DNA of 64,000 bases from Candidatus Fermentibacterota bacterium (GTDB lineage Bacteria > Fermentibacterota > Fermentibacteria > Fermentibacterales > JCC-6): assembly GCA_030592645.1 (NCBI GenBank), contig JAUVIR010000005.1:1110-65109 (forward strand). Direction: 5' to 3'. Of this stretch, positions 28,408 to 38,153 are shown in pieces; within the stretch, counting starts at the first letter, position 1; each line of letters starts with the position of its first letter. The notes below the pieces were generated by a model that worked only from the letters and a program-made list of their open reading frames with translations, was not told the DNA's origin and ran no database searches. The position numbers and the translations under genes are program-made.

Positions 28408-29418
28408 TCAGGAGCAGACAACATAATTCTCCCACTCGACAAACCCAAGTCCATCAAGGAATTCCATTATGGTTTTCCTCGCTCCGGGAAGCCTGGACGC
28501 TATTACTACAGGAATATCAAACCCTCCTGACAATACGTCCGGTCCCCGCACAGGTCTTCCTCTCAACACCATTCCCTGTCTGCTCCGCGAGGGGTCAATA
28601 AAGGCTTCAATATGAAATCCATTATCCTGCAGGCATTTTCCCAGCCTTCGCGCTGCCTGGCCGCTCCCAGCTATGTAAACGGTTTTACCTGACATGCACG
28701 GTACACTCGCGAGATACTTCGCCTTCAGCATATAGAAACTCGTTAATGAATAGGCGCTGCTGGTTCGCGAAAGCCTGTACGGATGGTCCCTCCACCTCAG
28801 CAGAATCTCGGGAACACGAATGAAACTGTAACCTCTGCTCCAGAGTCTCAACCATAATTCGTAATCCTCGGGTAATTTCCTTTCCATGTACCCGCCTTCC
28901 GCGAGGATGCTCTGCCTGTGGTAAAAAGCGGTGGGATGAGGTATCGGGCTTTCAATGAACAGGTTCTTCTCAATCTGCCCGGGTTCTATCAGATTGTTCA
29001 GCCACTCCTCATACAATCTGTAACCGCGAGTAATGCTTTCCCGGGGGAAACTCTCGACCCGGCAGGAAACCACGGTCATGGGTCCAGCTGATACAGCAAG
29101 CCTGTACTGCTTCTCTATTCGCTCCGGTAATGAGATATCATCTGCATCCATTCTTGCTATCCAGGTACCGCTGCTCTCCGCAAGCCCTGTATTGAGAGCG
29201 TCTACAAGTCCTGAGCCTGCATTATTGACAAGCTTGAACCTGGAATCCTTCGAACACCAGTCTTTCGCAAGAAGGGCTGACGAATCTTCCGAACCGTCAT
29301 TTACCAGTACTGTTTCATAATCTGTGAATGTCTGCCCCGCAATTGATTCAAGTGCATCGTTGAAGTACTGTTCTGCATCCCTGAATGGCAGCAGCACCGA
29401 CACGGCAGGACTAATCAA
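28408..29418 (-). CDS. Glycosyltransferase family 2
   Basis: VNDGSED, ALNTGL, ARMDADD, EDYELWLR. Confidence 0.92.
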   Translation of the reverse strand: MISPAVSVLLPFRDAEQYFNDALESIAGQTFTDYETVLVNDGSEDSSALLAKDWCSKDSRFKLVNNAGSGLVDALNTGLAESSGTWIARMDADDISLPERIEKQYRLAVSAGPMTVVSCRVESFPRESITRGYRLYEEWLNNLIEPGQIEKNLFIESPIPHPTAFYHRQSILAEGGYMERKLPEDYELWLRLWSRGYSFIRVPEILLRWRDHPYRLSRTSSAYSLTSFYMLKAKYLASVPCMSGKTVYIAGSGQAARRLGKCLQDNGFHIEAFIDPSRSRQGMVLRGRPVRGPDVLSGGFDIPVVIASRLPGARKTIMEFLDGLGFVEWENYVVCS

Positions 29419-30233
29419 TTAGAAAGGTTCCCAACCGCCTGGCGCAATTCTCCGGGAGTTCTTACCAGCCGGCCGCATGCCCCGCCAACACAGGGCTGAG
29501 CGTACGGATATCCGGGGTTAGGAAGGTACAGTTCCTCCATTGCAATGCTGTCTGCAGCTATAGAGGGATCGTAGAAATCCACTCCCTCCCCGGATGCAAG
29601 CTCAACAGCCTCCGCCATCAGCATCTGTGTCAGACTGTCATCTTCGGGGCCGACAACATTGATATGCAGTGTCTGTTCATCTATCTGGTGTTCTGCAGTC
29701 GTGTCAGGAAGTGAGCTTTCTTCAACTGCATTCCTGAAAAAACTCTCATCTCTGGTACCGGCAATCCTGATGACCTCATTCCCTTCCGAATCAAATACAA
29801 CGGTGATGGGAAGTACATCCGCGAGACCCCAATCATCCTTCAGGCTGACGGCATCATTCTCGTTGAGCCAGATGACAGGCATGGAGAGGTTAACCTCTTC
29901 CCGGAATTTCAGCAGGGTTTCAAGTTCCAGATCACCAATGTCTACGGCGACAACAGCAATACGTCCTTCCATAGATATGAAAACCTCATCTATCATCGGC
30001 AGCTCTCCAACACATGGAGTACACCAGGTAGCCCAGAAATTGACTATAACCGGCTTCCCCAGGTTATCTGAAAGAAGGCTGTCCAGTGCCGCCCTGCCTG
30101 ACATGAGGGGTCCCTGTTCAACCCGACTGTCGTCAATCGGATTATGACCGCCGCTATGCCTGATAACCGGAAACAGGAAGAGGAGAACGATGGGAATCCA
30201 TAAGAAATCCGTGAACTTCGAATACCCGTTCAT
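29415..30233 (-). CDS. TlpA/ResA-like thioredoxin-fold protein with C-terminal extension
   Basis: VNFWATWCTPCVGELP, LPITVVFD; extra PCVGGAC motif near the C-terminus. Confidence 0.85.
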   Translation of the reverse strand: MNGYSKFTDFLWIPIVLLFLFPVIRHSGGHNPIDDSRVEQGPLMSGRAALDSLLSDNLGKPVIVNFWATWCTPCVGELPMIDEVFISMEGRIAVVAVDIGDLELETLLKFREEVNLSMPVIWLNENDAVSLKDDWGLADVLPITVVFDSEGNEVIRIAGTRDESFFRNAVEESSLPDTTAEHQIDEQTLHINVVGPEDDSLTQMLMAEAVELASGEGVDFYDPSIAADSIAMEELYLPNPGYPYAQPCVGGACGRLVRTPGELRQAVGNLSN

Positions 30234-31114
30234 CAGATTCCGGTCAGCTTCCGAATGTCATGATGTATCGCATGCACAGGGCACACATCAATGCATCGAC
30301 CGCACCTGATGCATTCAGTGGAATTCGGTTCCAGGTATATGGCAATGTCCACAGGGCAGACTGACCTGCACTTATTACATTGTATGCATGACGAATCCAC
30401 CCTCATCCTTAAGACCGATACTTTGCCTGCCAGCCCCCAGAAAGCACCAAGAGGACATAAAACACGGCAGAAAGGCCGTTTTGATGCAACTGACCACAGA
30501 AGAATAAGAAGGAGCAGAACTATTTTCCAGGAGAAGAGGAAACCGGTCTGAAATGTATCACCGCCATCATGCAGAACAAGAGGTATTCCGGCTGTAAGGG
30601 TTCCGGAGGGACAGATCGCCTTACAGAACCAGGGGTCACCTCCAGCACCAGGGACGGTTCGCAGAGTAAGCGGAAGAAGGACAACAAAAATAAGAAGAAC
30701 CGCGTATTTGGCATCCCTCCATTGCGCCGGGACCCTAATTTTCGGTGATGGAATCTTATATAGAAGTCCCTGCAGGAGACCGAAAGGACATATCCAGCCG
30801 CATGCGAACCGGCCGGCTATAAATCCGAAAGTCAGAAGGAAACCAATAACGCCAAGGAGTATTATCGCATCAGGTCTTCCGGTCGCGATACCGCCTAAAA
30901 ATCCCTGCGAAGAGAGAATATTTTGAACGGTTCCAACGGGACATGCCAGAACGCTTGAAGGGCACGAGTAACAGTGAAGGCCGGGCAGGCAGAACATCTT
31001 GGATTTGCCTGTAAAGATCGCTCCCTGAATCATACCCTGGAAGTAAAGGTTCGAAAGAACGAGTGATGAGAACTGAACTAGACGTCGGGTTTTTTCCCTG
31101 ACCACTAGTGTCAT
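30233..31114 (-). CDS. NapH/YccM-like membrane 4Fe-4S binding protein
   Basis: CLPGLHCYSCP, GRFACGWICPFG, FCKAICP, FCRVLCPLG, two ferredoxin motifs. Start estimated at MTLVVREK. Confidence 0.88.
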   Translation of the reverse strand: MTLVVREKTRRLVQFSSLVLSNLYFQGMIQGAIFTGKSKMFCLPGLHCYSCPSSVLACPVGTVQNILSSQGFLGGIATGRPDAIILLGVIGFLLTFGFIAGRFACGWICPFGLLQGLLYKIPSPKIRVPAQWRDAKYAVLLIFVVLLPLTLRTVPGAGGDPWFCKAICPSGTLTAGIPLVLHDGGDTFQTGFLFSWKIVLLLLILLWSVASKRPFCRVLCPLGAFWGLAGKVSVLRMRVDSSCIQCNKCRSVCPVDIAIYLEPNSTECIRCGRCIDVCPVHAIHHDIRKLTGI

Positions 31115-31267
31115 GTCAAGTACCAGATGGCGCAAAATTGCGAAGTTATTTGGTTTTCCTGCAAGGCACGTGTGAAGGCGCATAGCAAAGCTATGTAACT
31201 GAATCCGTAACGCCGCAGGAAGGTCAAAGAACGAGTGAGATGCTTAATACTGGTGCTTAACATGACA

Positions 31268-31411
31268 CTAACCTATACCTATGCATTCAAGGCATATATT
31301 AGCTGCCTTCTGCCAGATCACTGCCGGGTCGCCCCATACGTAACCTGATATTGTCATGAGAACTGCGATGACCAATAGTGATATTCTGATTGATAGATGG
31401 ATATTCCTCAT
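31268..31411 (-). CDS. CD1871A-family small CXXC membrane protein
   Basis: TM helix then VIWQKAANICLECIGIG. Start at 31411, because the longer ORF runs into the tRNA. Confidence 0.8.
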   Translation of the reverse strand: MRNIHLSIRISLLVIAVLMTISGYVWGDPAVIWQKAANICLECIGIG

Positions 31412-31433
31412 ATTCACCAATCGATAGGAATTA

Positions 31434-31508
31434 TGGAGGCGGCGATCGGATTTGAACCGATGCATGGTGGATTTGCAGTCCACTGCCTTACCACTTGGCT
31501 ACGCCGCC
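31434..31508 (-). tRNA. tRNA-Cys (GCA)
   Basis: GGCGGCGTAGCCAAGTGGTAAGGCAGTGGACTGCAAATCCACCATGCATCGGTTCAAATCCGATCGCCGCCTCCA: acceptor stem, GTTCAAATCC T-loop, encoded CCA. Confidence 0.97.
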
Positions 31509-31563
31509 CCGGTTGGGGGTCAATCATACAAATTCATGGCTAACCGGGCAAGACTATAAACAA

Positions 31564-32202
31564 TTAATCTATCCAGTCGAGGCTTATGTTAAGTGTACCT
31601 GCATAAGTCATGGGACCTAAAGGTGTTGAAATAGTAGGGACAGCTGTAACCAGCATCCTTCCAATATGATCGCTGGTTCTGAGGCTGGAATTGATACCGC
31701 CGATCGCAAGAGCGAGATCAATGAAATTCATAACACCGACTTCGCTCATCAGTGCAAAAGCATCGAAGCTTATATCAAGCGGCAGCAATACCGTTTCGTT
31801 AGCTCCTGGAATTTCAAGGGGGGTACTCATTGTTCCCGAGGCTACCCAGGTTGTATCGAAGGCAGTCCCCGAGTCCCCGTCAAGGTAGAGGTCCCAGACA
31901 AGAGAAGTTAATGTAACAGGAATAATATCAGGTCCTGTGGAGCCATTATTCGGGTTATGAATGCCTATATTCAGCGTGAAATCCACCGGACAGCTTCCCG
32001 AGGTCCAGACGGCAACCACTTCGGCTATCTGGACAACGGAAAGGCTTTCGAGGCTGTCAAGCTGAATTCCTGTCAGTAAGAAATCCTCTGTGTTCTCTAT
32101 CCTGAACTGACACCTCAGAAGTGTCAGTGGGTCTGTAACACTGCATGCCACAAGTAAAATGCTGATAATCATAAAACAGGAAACAATAATTGATCTTCTC
32201 AT
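31564..32202 (-). CDS. Lipoprotein, LEA_2-like
   Basis: Lipobox LLVAC; IGIHNPN, LVWDLYL. Confidence 0.65.
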   Translation of the reverse strand: MRRSIIVSCFMIISILLVACSVTDPLTLLRCQFRIENTEDFLLTGIQLDSLESLSVVQIAEVVAVWTSGSCPVDFTLNIGIHNPNNGSTGPDIIPVTLTSLVWDLYLDGDSGTAFDTTWVASGTMSTPLEIPGANETVLLPLDISFDAFALMSEVGVMNFIDLALAIGGINSSLRTSDHIGRMLVTAVPTISTPLGPMTYAGTLNISLDWID

Positions 32203-33071
32203 TATAAACTCCTTAAGTGTATTTTCTTCCAGTACTTGCGTACAAGTCTTACTCCCGGTTCATCAAATCTCGACCATTCAAATCCATTCTTCACAAGAAA
32301 ATCATGTTTGTCATTGTCCTGGTCATCATTCCCCGGACAGAGTATCACCATCCCGCCCGGTTTTGTTATTCGTAACATCTCCAGCAATTCCTCATTCGGA
32401 TCATCACCGAAGACATAACCGCCAAGCGTGATATCTGCGAATTCATCCTCAAAAGGAATATTCGTAATAAGACCATCGGGAACAAAGATATTCTTCAATC
32501 CCAGATTAACGGCTTTCTCTCTAAGATATATCCGCAGGTTAGCGACCGGTTCCACTGCGTAGACGGCTTTCGCTTTCGAAGCGGCGATCAATGCAATCTT
32601 TCCTGTACCGCTGCCGATATCAACCACCTTTTTATCTGAAAAATCAACCAGAGAGGTCAGTTCATCCGGGTTCCACTTCAAAAATGGCTGAGAATCGTAA
32701 ATATCCGGGGACACGACGTATACTATCAGATCATTAATAGACTTCATGATGTCTATTTCAGCCTGACGGATATCCTCAGGGTTCGGAGGTTGATCTCCCC
32801 CCTCTTTTTTCATCAGGTTATCTAACCATTCCTTCAACTCGGGACATTTGTGCCGCAGGTACCACTCTACATTCGGGTTCGCTCTTAATGCAACCGCTAA
32901 TAGTGCTTCGGGCACCCAGCCGGGAAACCAGCTTAACTGAACACGTTCAAGAAGCATTAATGTGTTAAAGGAAAGTGATGATACATCCATCCAGTCAGCA
33001 GGCATATTCTGTATCCTCCAATTGTTGAGGCACCACCGGAATACGGATAATATCTCACTTGCAAACATCAT
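32202..33071 (-). CDS. Class I SAM-dependent methyltransferase
   Basis: VVDIGSGTGKIA, YAVEP, IPFEDEFAD, TKPGG. Confidence 0.85.
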   Translation of the reverse strand: MMFASEILSVFRWCLNNWRIQNMPADWMDVSSLSFNTLMLLERVQLSWFPGWVPEALLAVALRANPNVEWYLRHKCPELKEWLDNLMKKEGGDQPPNPEDIRQAEIDIMKSINDLIVYVVSPDIYDSQPFLKWNPDELTSLVDFSDKKVVDIGSGTGKIALIAASKAKAVYAVEPVANLRIYLREKAVNLGLKNIFVPDGLITNIPFEDEFADITLGGYVFGDDPNEELLEMLRITKPGGMVILCPGNDDQDNDKHDFLVKNGFEWSRFDEPGVRLVRKYWKKIHLRSL

Positions 33072-33257
33072 CTACCCCATTGATAATAACCGCTCCACCT
33101 CTCTTTCGTCCATAGAAACCAGAAATGTTATTCCGAAGAATAATCAGTATCCGGCGGTCATGCCGGTTCATAATCTTGTCATTCGAGCTCTGTGAAGTTA
33201 GAATAAATTAACAAGATATGTATTGCTGATCAGAATCCTGCTTATTGAGAATCATAT

Positions 33258-34610
33258 ATGGAGGTTCTATTGACCGAAAACTCGGAGATAATTGATCCTG
33301 AGATTCTTCTTAAGAAACTGCCTGACACTATCGGCCTTGATAAAGTCAGAGTTCTCGCTGACCTCACTGTAGCCTTCAGGGAAATCAGTCCGGAGAGAGT
33401 AATTGAATTCGGAAAACAGGGGCTGGAAGTACTGAAGGATACAGAAGATGTTAAACTGGAAATATTTCTACTGCAGGAAATCTGCTGGGCCTGCAATTGT
33501 ATCGGTGAGTATCAGTTTTCACTGGACTACGGGTTCAAAGCGCTTGAACTCGCAGATGATACTGCTAATGACCATGATGAACCCGGCACATTGAATAAAA
33601 TCGGAGCAGCATATTATGGAATGGCAAAATATGATAAAGCCATTGAATATTTCATAAAATCACTCAGAATTCATGAGAACATCGGTAATGAGCAGAGTAT
33701 TGCGGAATTGAACAGTAATATTGGAACAATCTGCTATAAGCTGGGAGATAATACTAAGGCTCAGGATTATTACAACCGGGCTATCCGGATATTTGAGGAA
33801 ATCGATAATAGGGATCACCTTGACAATGTGTATAACAATGCAGCGATTATTTATAGGGAACAGGGAGAGTACGAAGAGGCTCTTAAGTATCATAAGAAAG
33901 CACTTAAGATCAGAGAGCAATTCGGAAAGAAATGGAGAATACCTCACTCTCTGAATAATATCGGTGCGGTATTAATGGATATGAAAAACTACAACAGCGC
34001 GCAGGAGTACTTCTTCAGATCACTTGAGATCGCCGAAGAAATGGGAAACAGACATATAATCTCGACAATACTTATCAGTTTAGGTGAAATATATGCGCTG
34101 CTGAACCATTTCGAAGAGGCCCAGAAATACGTCATGAGAGGGCTTGTTATCGCAGACGAGATCAATGAACCCGATCATAAGATGGAATGCCTGGAAGTAA
34201 TGTCAACCATCCTTGAACGGAAGGGCGATTTCAGGATAGCACTCGAATATCACAAGAAATACAAAGAGCTTTACGATATTATTTTTACAGAGGACAGCAG
34301 TGAAAAGTACAATGAACTGCAGGTTAAGTATGAAACGGAGAAGAAGGAAAAGGAAAACGAAATATACAGGCTCAGAAACATTGAGCTTGTGAACGCTAAT
34401 GACGAACTGACGCAAGCTCTCTCAGAAGTTAGAAAACTCAGCGGGTTGCTTCCGATCTGCGCTTCCTGCAAAAGGATCCGCGATGATTCTGGATACTGGG
34501 AACAGATAGAGGGATATATATCCGAGCGTTCGGACGCTCAATTCAGTCATGGATTGTGTCCGGAATGCTTGAAGAAGCTCTATCCTGAATACATGGATTC
34601 CCATGACTGA
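33258..34610 (+). CDS. TPR protein with C-terminal Cys4 domain (copy 1)
   Basis: About 6-7 TPRs (NKIG..Y, NNIG..L, ALKYHKKAL), coiled coil, LLPICASCKRIRDDSGYWEQIE...SHGLCPEC. Confidence 0.88.
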   Translation: MEVLLTENSEIIDPEILLKKLPDTIGLDKVRVLADLTVAFREISPERVIEFGKQGLEVLKDTEDVKLEIFLLQEICWACNCIGEYQFSLDYGFKALELADDTANDHDEPGTLNKIGAAYYGMAKYDKAIEYFIKSLRIHENIGNEQSIAELNSNIGTICYKLGDNTKAQDYYNRAIRIFEEIDNRDHLDNVYNNAAIIYREQGEYEEALKYHKKALKIREQFGKKWRIPHSLNNIGAVLMDMKNYNSAQEYFFRSLEIAEEMGNRHIISTILISLGEIYALLNHFEEAQKYVMRGLVIADEINEPDHKMECLEVMSTILERKGDFRIALEYHKKYKELYDIIFTEDSSEKYNELQVKYETEKKEKENEIYRLRNIELVNANDELTQALSEVRKLSGLLPICASCKRIRDDSGYWEQIEGYISERSDAQFSHGLCPECLKKLYPEYMDSHD

Positions 34611-34774
34611 ACCTTCTAACTGTATAGATTCTGAGATTCTCCTTAAGAAACTGCCTGACACTATCGGTCTGGATAAGGTCAGAGTTCTCGCTGACCTCAC
34701 TGTAACCTTCAGGGAAATCAGTCCGGAGAGAGTAATTGAATTCGGAAAACAGGGGCTGGAAGTACTGAAGGATA
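33298..34774 (+). repeat. Near-identical direct repeats in the tandem TPR genes (33298-33441 vs 34631-34774; also ~34200-34600 vs ~35533-35930)
   Basis: About 5 mismatches in 144 bp by visual alignment of the N-terminal segments. Confidence 0.85.
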
Positions 34775-35943
34775 TGGAAGACAAAACACTGGAATCAGTC
34801 ATTCTGAATGAGCTCTGCTGGGCATATCAGTGCATTGGTGAATACAAGATTTCTCTTGAATGCGGTTTCAAAACACTTGAACTGACAAATGAAGCTGATG
34901 ATGACCAGAGTAAGTCCACTGCGCTGAATAGAATCGGTGCGACATACGCAAGAATGGGTAAATTCGATCAGGCCCTTGATTGTTTCATGAAATCCCTCAG
35001 AATTCAGGAAAGCATCGATGACAAACCGGGTATTGCAGGATTGTACAGCAATATTGGAGCTATCTGCTATACAATAGATGACTGTGACAGGGCTTTGGAT
35101 TACTACGACAGGGCCATCCGGATATTTAAGGAACTTAACGTGATGAGCAGCCTTGCTATTTCATACAATAATGTAGGAAATATTTACAGCAGTTCAACAG
35201 AGTACATGAAATCCCTGGAATATCACAAGAAAGCACTTGCGATAAGAGAAGAACTCGGTGAAAATCGAGGTATTTCACATTCTCTGACTAATATAGGATC
35301 AGTGTTCAGGGAACTGAAGGAATACGACAAATCTCTCAAATATTTCTTCAGAGCTCTAGAGATTGAGATGAAAATCGGTGACAGGCATGCTTCCGTTGAG
35401 ACACTTCATAACATTGGTCGTACATACGCTTTAACCCACCAGTACGCTGAAGCTTTTGAATATGCGCAAAGAGGACTTTCAGTTGCAGAAGAGCTTGATG
35501 TCCCTGATCTGAAAAAGAACTGCTATGAGACAATGTCAGCCATCCTTGAACGGAAGGGTGATTTCAGGAGAGCACTCGAATACCACAAGAAATACAAAGA
35601 GCTTTACGATATAATGTTTACAGAGGAAAGCAGTGAGAAGTACAACGAACTGCAGGTGAGCTATGAAACAGAAAAGAAGGAAAAGGAAAATGAGATCTAC
35701 AGGCTCAAGAACATTGAGCTTGCGAAGGCAAATGACGAACTGACGAAAGCTCTCGCAGAAGTTAGAAAACTCAGCGGGTTGCTTCCGATATGTGCTTCCT
35801 GCAAAAAGATCCGTGATGACTCCGGGTACTGGGAACAGATAGAAGAATACATATCTGAGCGTTCAGATGCTCAATTCAGCCATGGTTTGTGTCCTGAATG
35901 CATAAAAAAGCTATATCCGGAGTATATAGATCGTAGCGATTGA
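34603..35943 (+). CDS. TPR protein with C-terminal Cys4 domain (copy 2, tandem paralog)
   Basis: Same architecture; N- and C-terminal DNA nearly identical to copy 1. Confidence 0.88.
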   Translation: MTEPSNCIDSEILLKKLPDTIGLDKVRVLADLTVTFREISPERVIEFGKQGLEVLKDMEDKTLESVILNELCWAYQCIGEYKISLECGFKTLELTNEADDDQSKSTALNRIGATYARMGKFDQALDCFMKSLRIQESIDDKPGIAGLYSNIGAICYTIDDCDRALDYYDRAIRIFKELNVMSSLAISYNNVGNIYSSSTEYMKSLEYHKKALAIREELGENRGISHSLTNIGSVFRELKEYDKSLKYFFRALEIEMKIGDRHASVETLHNIGRTYALTHQYAEAFEYAQRGLSVAEELDVPDLKKNCYETMSAILERKGDFRRALEYHKKYKELYDIMFTEESSEKYNELQVSYETEKKEKENEIYRLKNIELAKANDELTKALAEVRKLSGLLPICASCKKIRDDSGYWEQIEEYISERSDAQFSHGLCPECIKKLYPEYIDRSD

Positions 35944-35987
35944 TATACCCCTCTTTCAGATGTCTCTATAGCTTACACCAGCTTTCT

Positions 35988-38153
35988 CTATCTCAATAGA
36001 ACCAGCCTTGCAGAATCGGAATTACCTGCGTTTGTAATACCCCTGCAGAAATACATGCCTGAAGGAGCCGGAACACCGTTTTCATTCCTGCCGTCCCAGG
36101 CAACAACATGATTTCCCGGATTGAGCGAACCATCAACCAGAACGGAGATCATCCTTCCATGCATGTCATACACTTCAATCCTCACATCAATTGCCGACAG
36201 GCCACCTATATAGAATGGAATTGAAGCGGATACCGTACATGGATTGGGATGAATGTTGTGGAAACACATGATTGAGTTCCCGCAGAATTCGGGCTGTTCG
36301 GTAATCCCTGTCTGATCTTCGTATAGATAGACTGTCAGATCAATCCGCTGTGTTACATTAAGAGAGGATTCATTCGATACTATCGACCTGTAAAGTTCAT
36401 CGGAGGGAATGATGAAATCAACGCTTCCGGCACAGGCATCCTCCGCTATCTCAAATGCCTCGAACGGGTCACCTCCGATATAATCCGAGTAACTGCCTTC
36501 ATCACAGATGAAGAAATCCACAATTCCCGGAGAGAACGTTTCAGAGTAAACATCTCCATCATCAAGATTCGTTCCGTACACTGTTTCACCCGACACATCG
36601 TATTCGATCACGATCCTGTAATCATCGGTTGGCGATCCCGGAGGTGAATCCGGTGTAATATCCAGGCACTCAACTTCTCCGGAAAGTTCTACATCCATTG
36701 TATAGTGCTGACCTGTTACAGTTAAAGTTGTGACGGTGTAGTAACCTGAAGAGGGGAAATTACCGACAGGACTTATTACCCTCATGTAGAGCGGCCTACT
36801 GTCACCAAAAAGGTATTGCCCTGTTCCTGCACTTGCAGTGTAGTCTACGAGACATCGCGGGCCCGGAACTCCATCGCTGTCAAGTATTATACAGGCGCCG
36901 TCGACCGGATTACCGAGATTGTCCGTGACGTTAACCGTAAGAGTACATACATCAGTGTACCTCTCTGTTACATTCCACGTATAACCGTCTCCTCTCCAGT
37001 CGAATACGCTGGCCATATCCCAGCCCCAGCCGGGATCGTAAATTCTCGGGTTGTTTATATGTGTTCCCACCGGCTCCCAGGCTACCCATTCTCTTTCCCA
37101 GAATTCGTTTATCTTATGATCATTTCTGTACATTGCCGATACCGTCGCGGGTATGAATGCCGTTCTTGAAACGGCAGCGGTCAGGTAGGAATGAACACTG
37201 CAGGTCCCTTCATGCCAGTAGTATATCCTTACTGGCTGGCTATGGTGAGTATGCGAGTGGAACCACATAACCTCTGTCACCCACGCAGAAAGGGTTCCGA
37301 TAGCCCCGTTATCCAGGCTGCTTACATTGCAGTTCCAGAGGGTTTTGCAGACTGAGAGGGAATCCCTGAGCAGTGGATATCCAGAATCTGCATGGTTGAA
37401 CAGGTAATCCCTCCAGAATACTCCGGTGGGGGGGTCAGCATGTGTTCCCGTCGCTGGATTTATGTAATCCGGCCTCTCCTTATGCAGTTTGGGATGAACG
37501 ACAAACCAGTAGTAGATATCCTGCGGCAATTCAAGGTAGAGGGTATCAGGACTTTCGAAAACTTTGTATTCGATGGTCGAGTAGTAGTCCCCGCCGCCGG
37601 ATGCAGACCCATAGTCTATTATCTCGGCGTAGGAAAGGAACTCGTCTGTGTCATACAGCAGAGACACATTCTGTGTCAGTATCTCCGAATAAAAATAGCT
37701 GCTGCCCAGCACCTGGGGAGCAATATGTGCTATTTCAAAAGCAATCTCATCCACGTATGGATCAGACGCTCTAATAATAATATCAGCATATATGTTCTGA
37801 TAATCATCTGAAAGCCTTGAGAGATTGTCCGCAAGATCGATCTGCAGCCAATCAGGGGCTCTCTCGACAGCTTCCACAGCTAAGGTTGTCAGGCCGCTCC
37901 CGGGAGGCTCAAACAGCAGTGTTCCCGAGCTGTTAACACAGGTGATCACGCATCTCTCTCCGCAAGGTATTCTTACAGATGCGTTTATCGAATCCACAAG
38001 TACCCATTCATAATAATCCAGCTGCGATTCACGATTGTATCCGTCACCCGCTATCGTACAGGGCAGGATAAGTAGAACAAGGCTCAGGATAAAAACAGGA
38101 AAGATATTCCTCGAATCAGAAGAGACTTTCAGCAGCCTTCTACCTCCATTCAT
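35988..38153 (-). CDS. Secreted transglutaminase-like domain protein with T9SS/FlgD-like CTD
   Basis: Signal peptide, EGTCSVHS, DHKINEFW, WVAWEP; CTD HPNPC...VYDMHGR...WDGRNENG...SGMYF. Confidence 0.7.
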   Translation of the reverse strand: MNGGRRLLKVSSDSRNIFPVFILSLVLLILPCTIAGDGYNRESQLDYYEWVLVDSINASVRIPCGERCVITCVNSSGTLLFEPPGSGLTTLAVEAVERAPDWLQIDLADNLSRLSDDYQNIYADIIIRASDPYVDEIAFEIAHIAPQVLGSSYFYSEILTQNVSLLYDTDEFLSYAEIIDYGSASGGGDYYSTIEYKVFESPDTLYLELPQDIYYWFVVHPKLHKERPDYINPATGTHADPPTGVFWRDYLFNHADSGYPLLRDSLSVCKTLWNCNVSSLDNGAIGTLSAWVTEVMWFHSHTHHSQPVRIYYWHEGTCSVHSYLTAAVSRTAFIPATVSAMYRNDHKINEFWEREWVAWEPVGTHINNPRIYDPGWGWDMASVFDWRGDGYTWNVTERYTDVCTLTVNVTDNLGNPVDGACIILDSDGVPGPRCLVDYTASAGTGQYLFGDSRPLYMRVISPVGNFPSSGYYTVTTLTVTGQHYTMDVELSGEVECLDITPDSPPGSPTDDYRIVIEYDVSGETVYGTNLDDGDVYSETFSPGIVDFFICDEGSYSDYIGGDPFEAFEIAEDACAGSVDFIIPSDELYRSIVSNESSLNVTQRIDLTVYLYEDQTGITEQPEFCGNSIMCFHNIHPNPCTVSASIPFYIGGLSAIDVRIEVYDMHGRMISVLVDGSLNPGNHVVAWDGRNENGVPAPSGMYFCRGITNAGNSDSARLVLLR

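Noticed and set aside
31412-31483. N-terminal extension of ORF 31268..31483
   Set aside because: It overlaps tRNA-Cys; the real start is ATG 31411
31380-31560. Integrative element at tRNA-Cys
   Set aside because: No integrase and no duplicated tRNA 3' end noticed in the window
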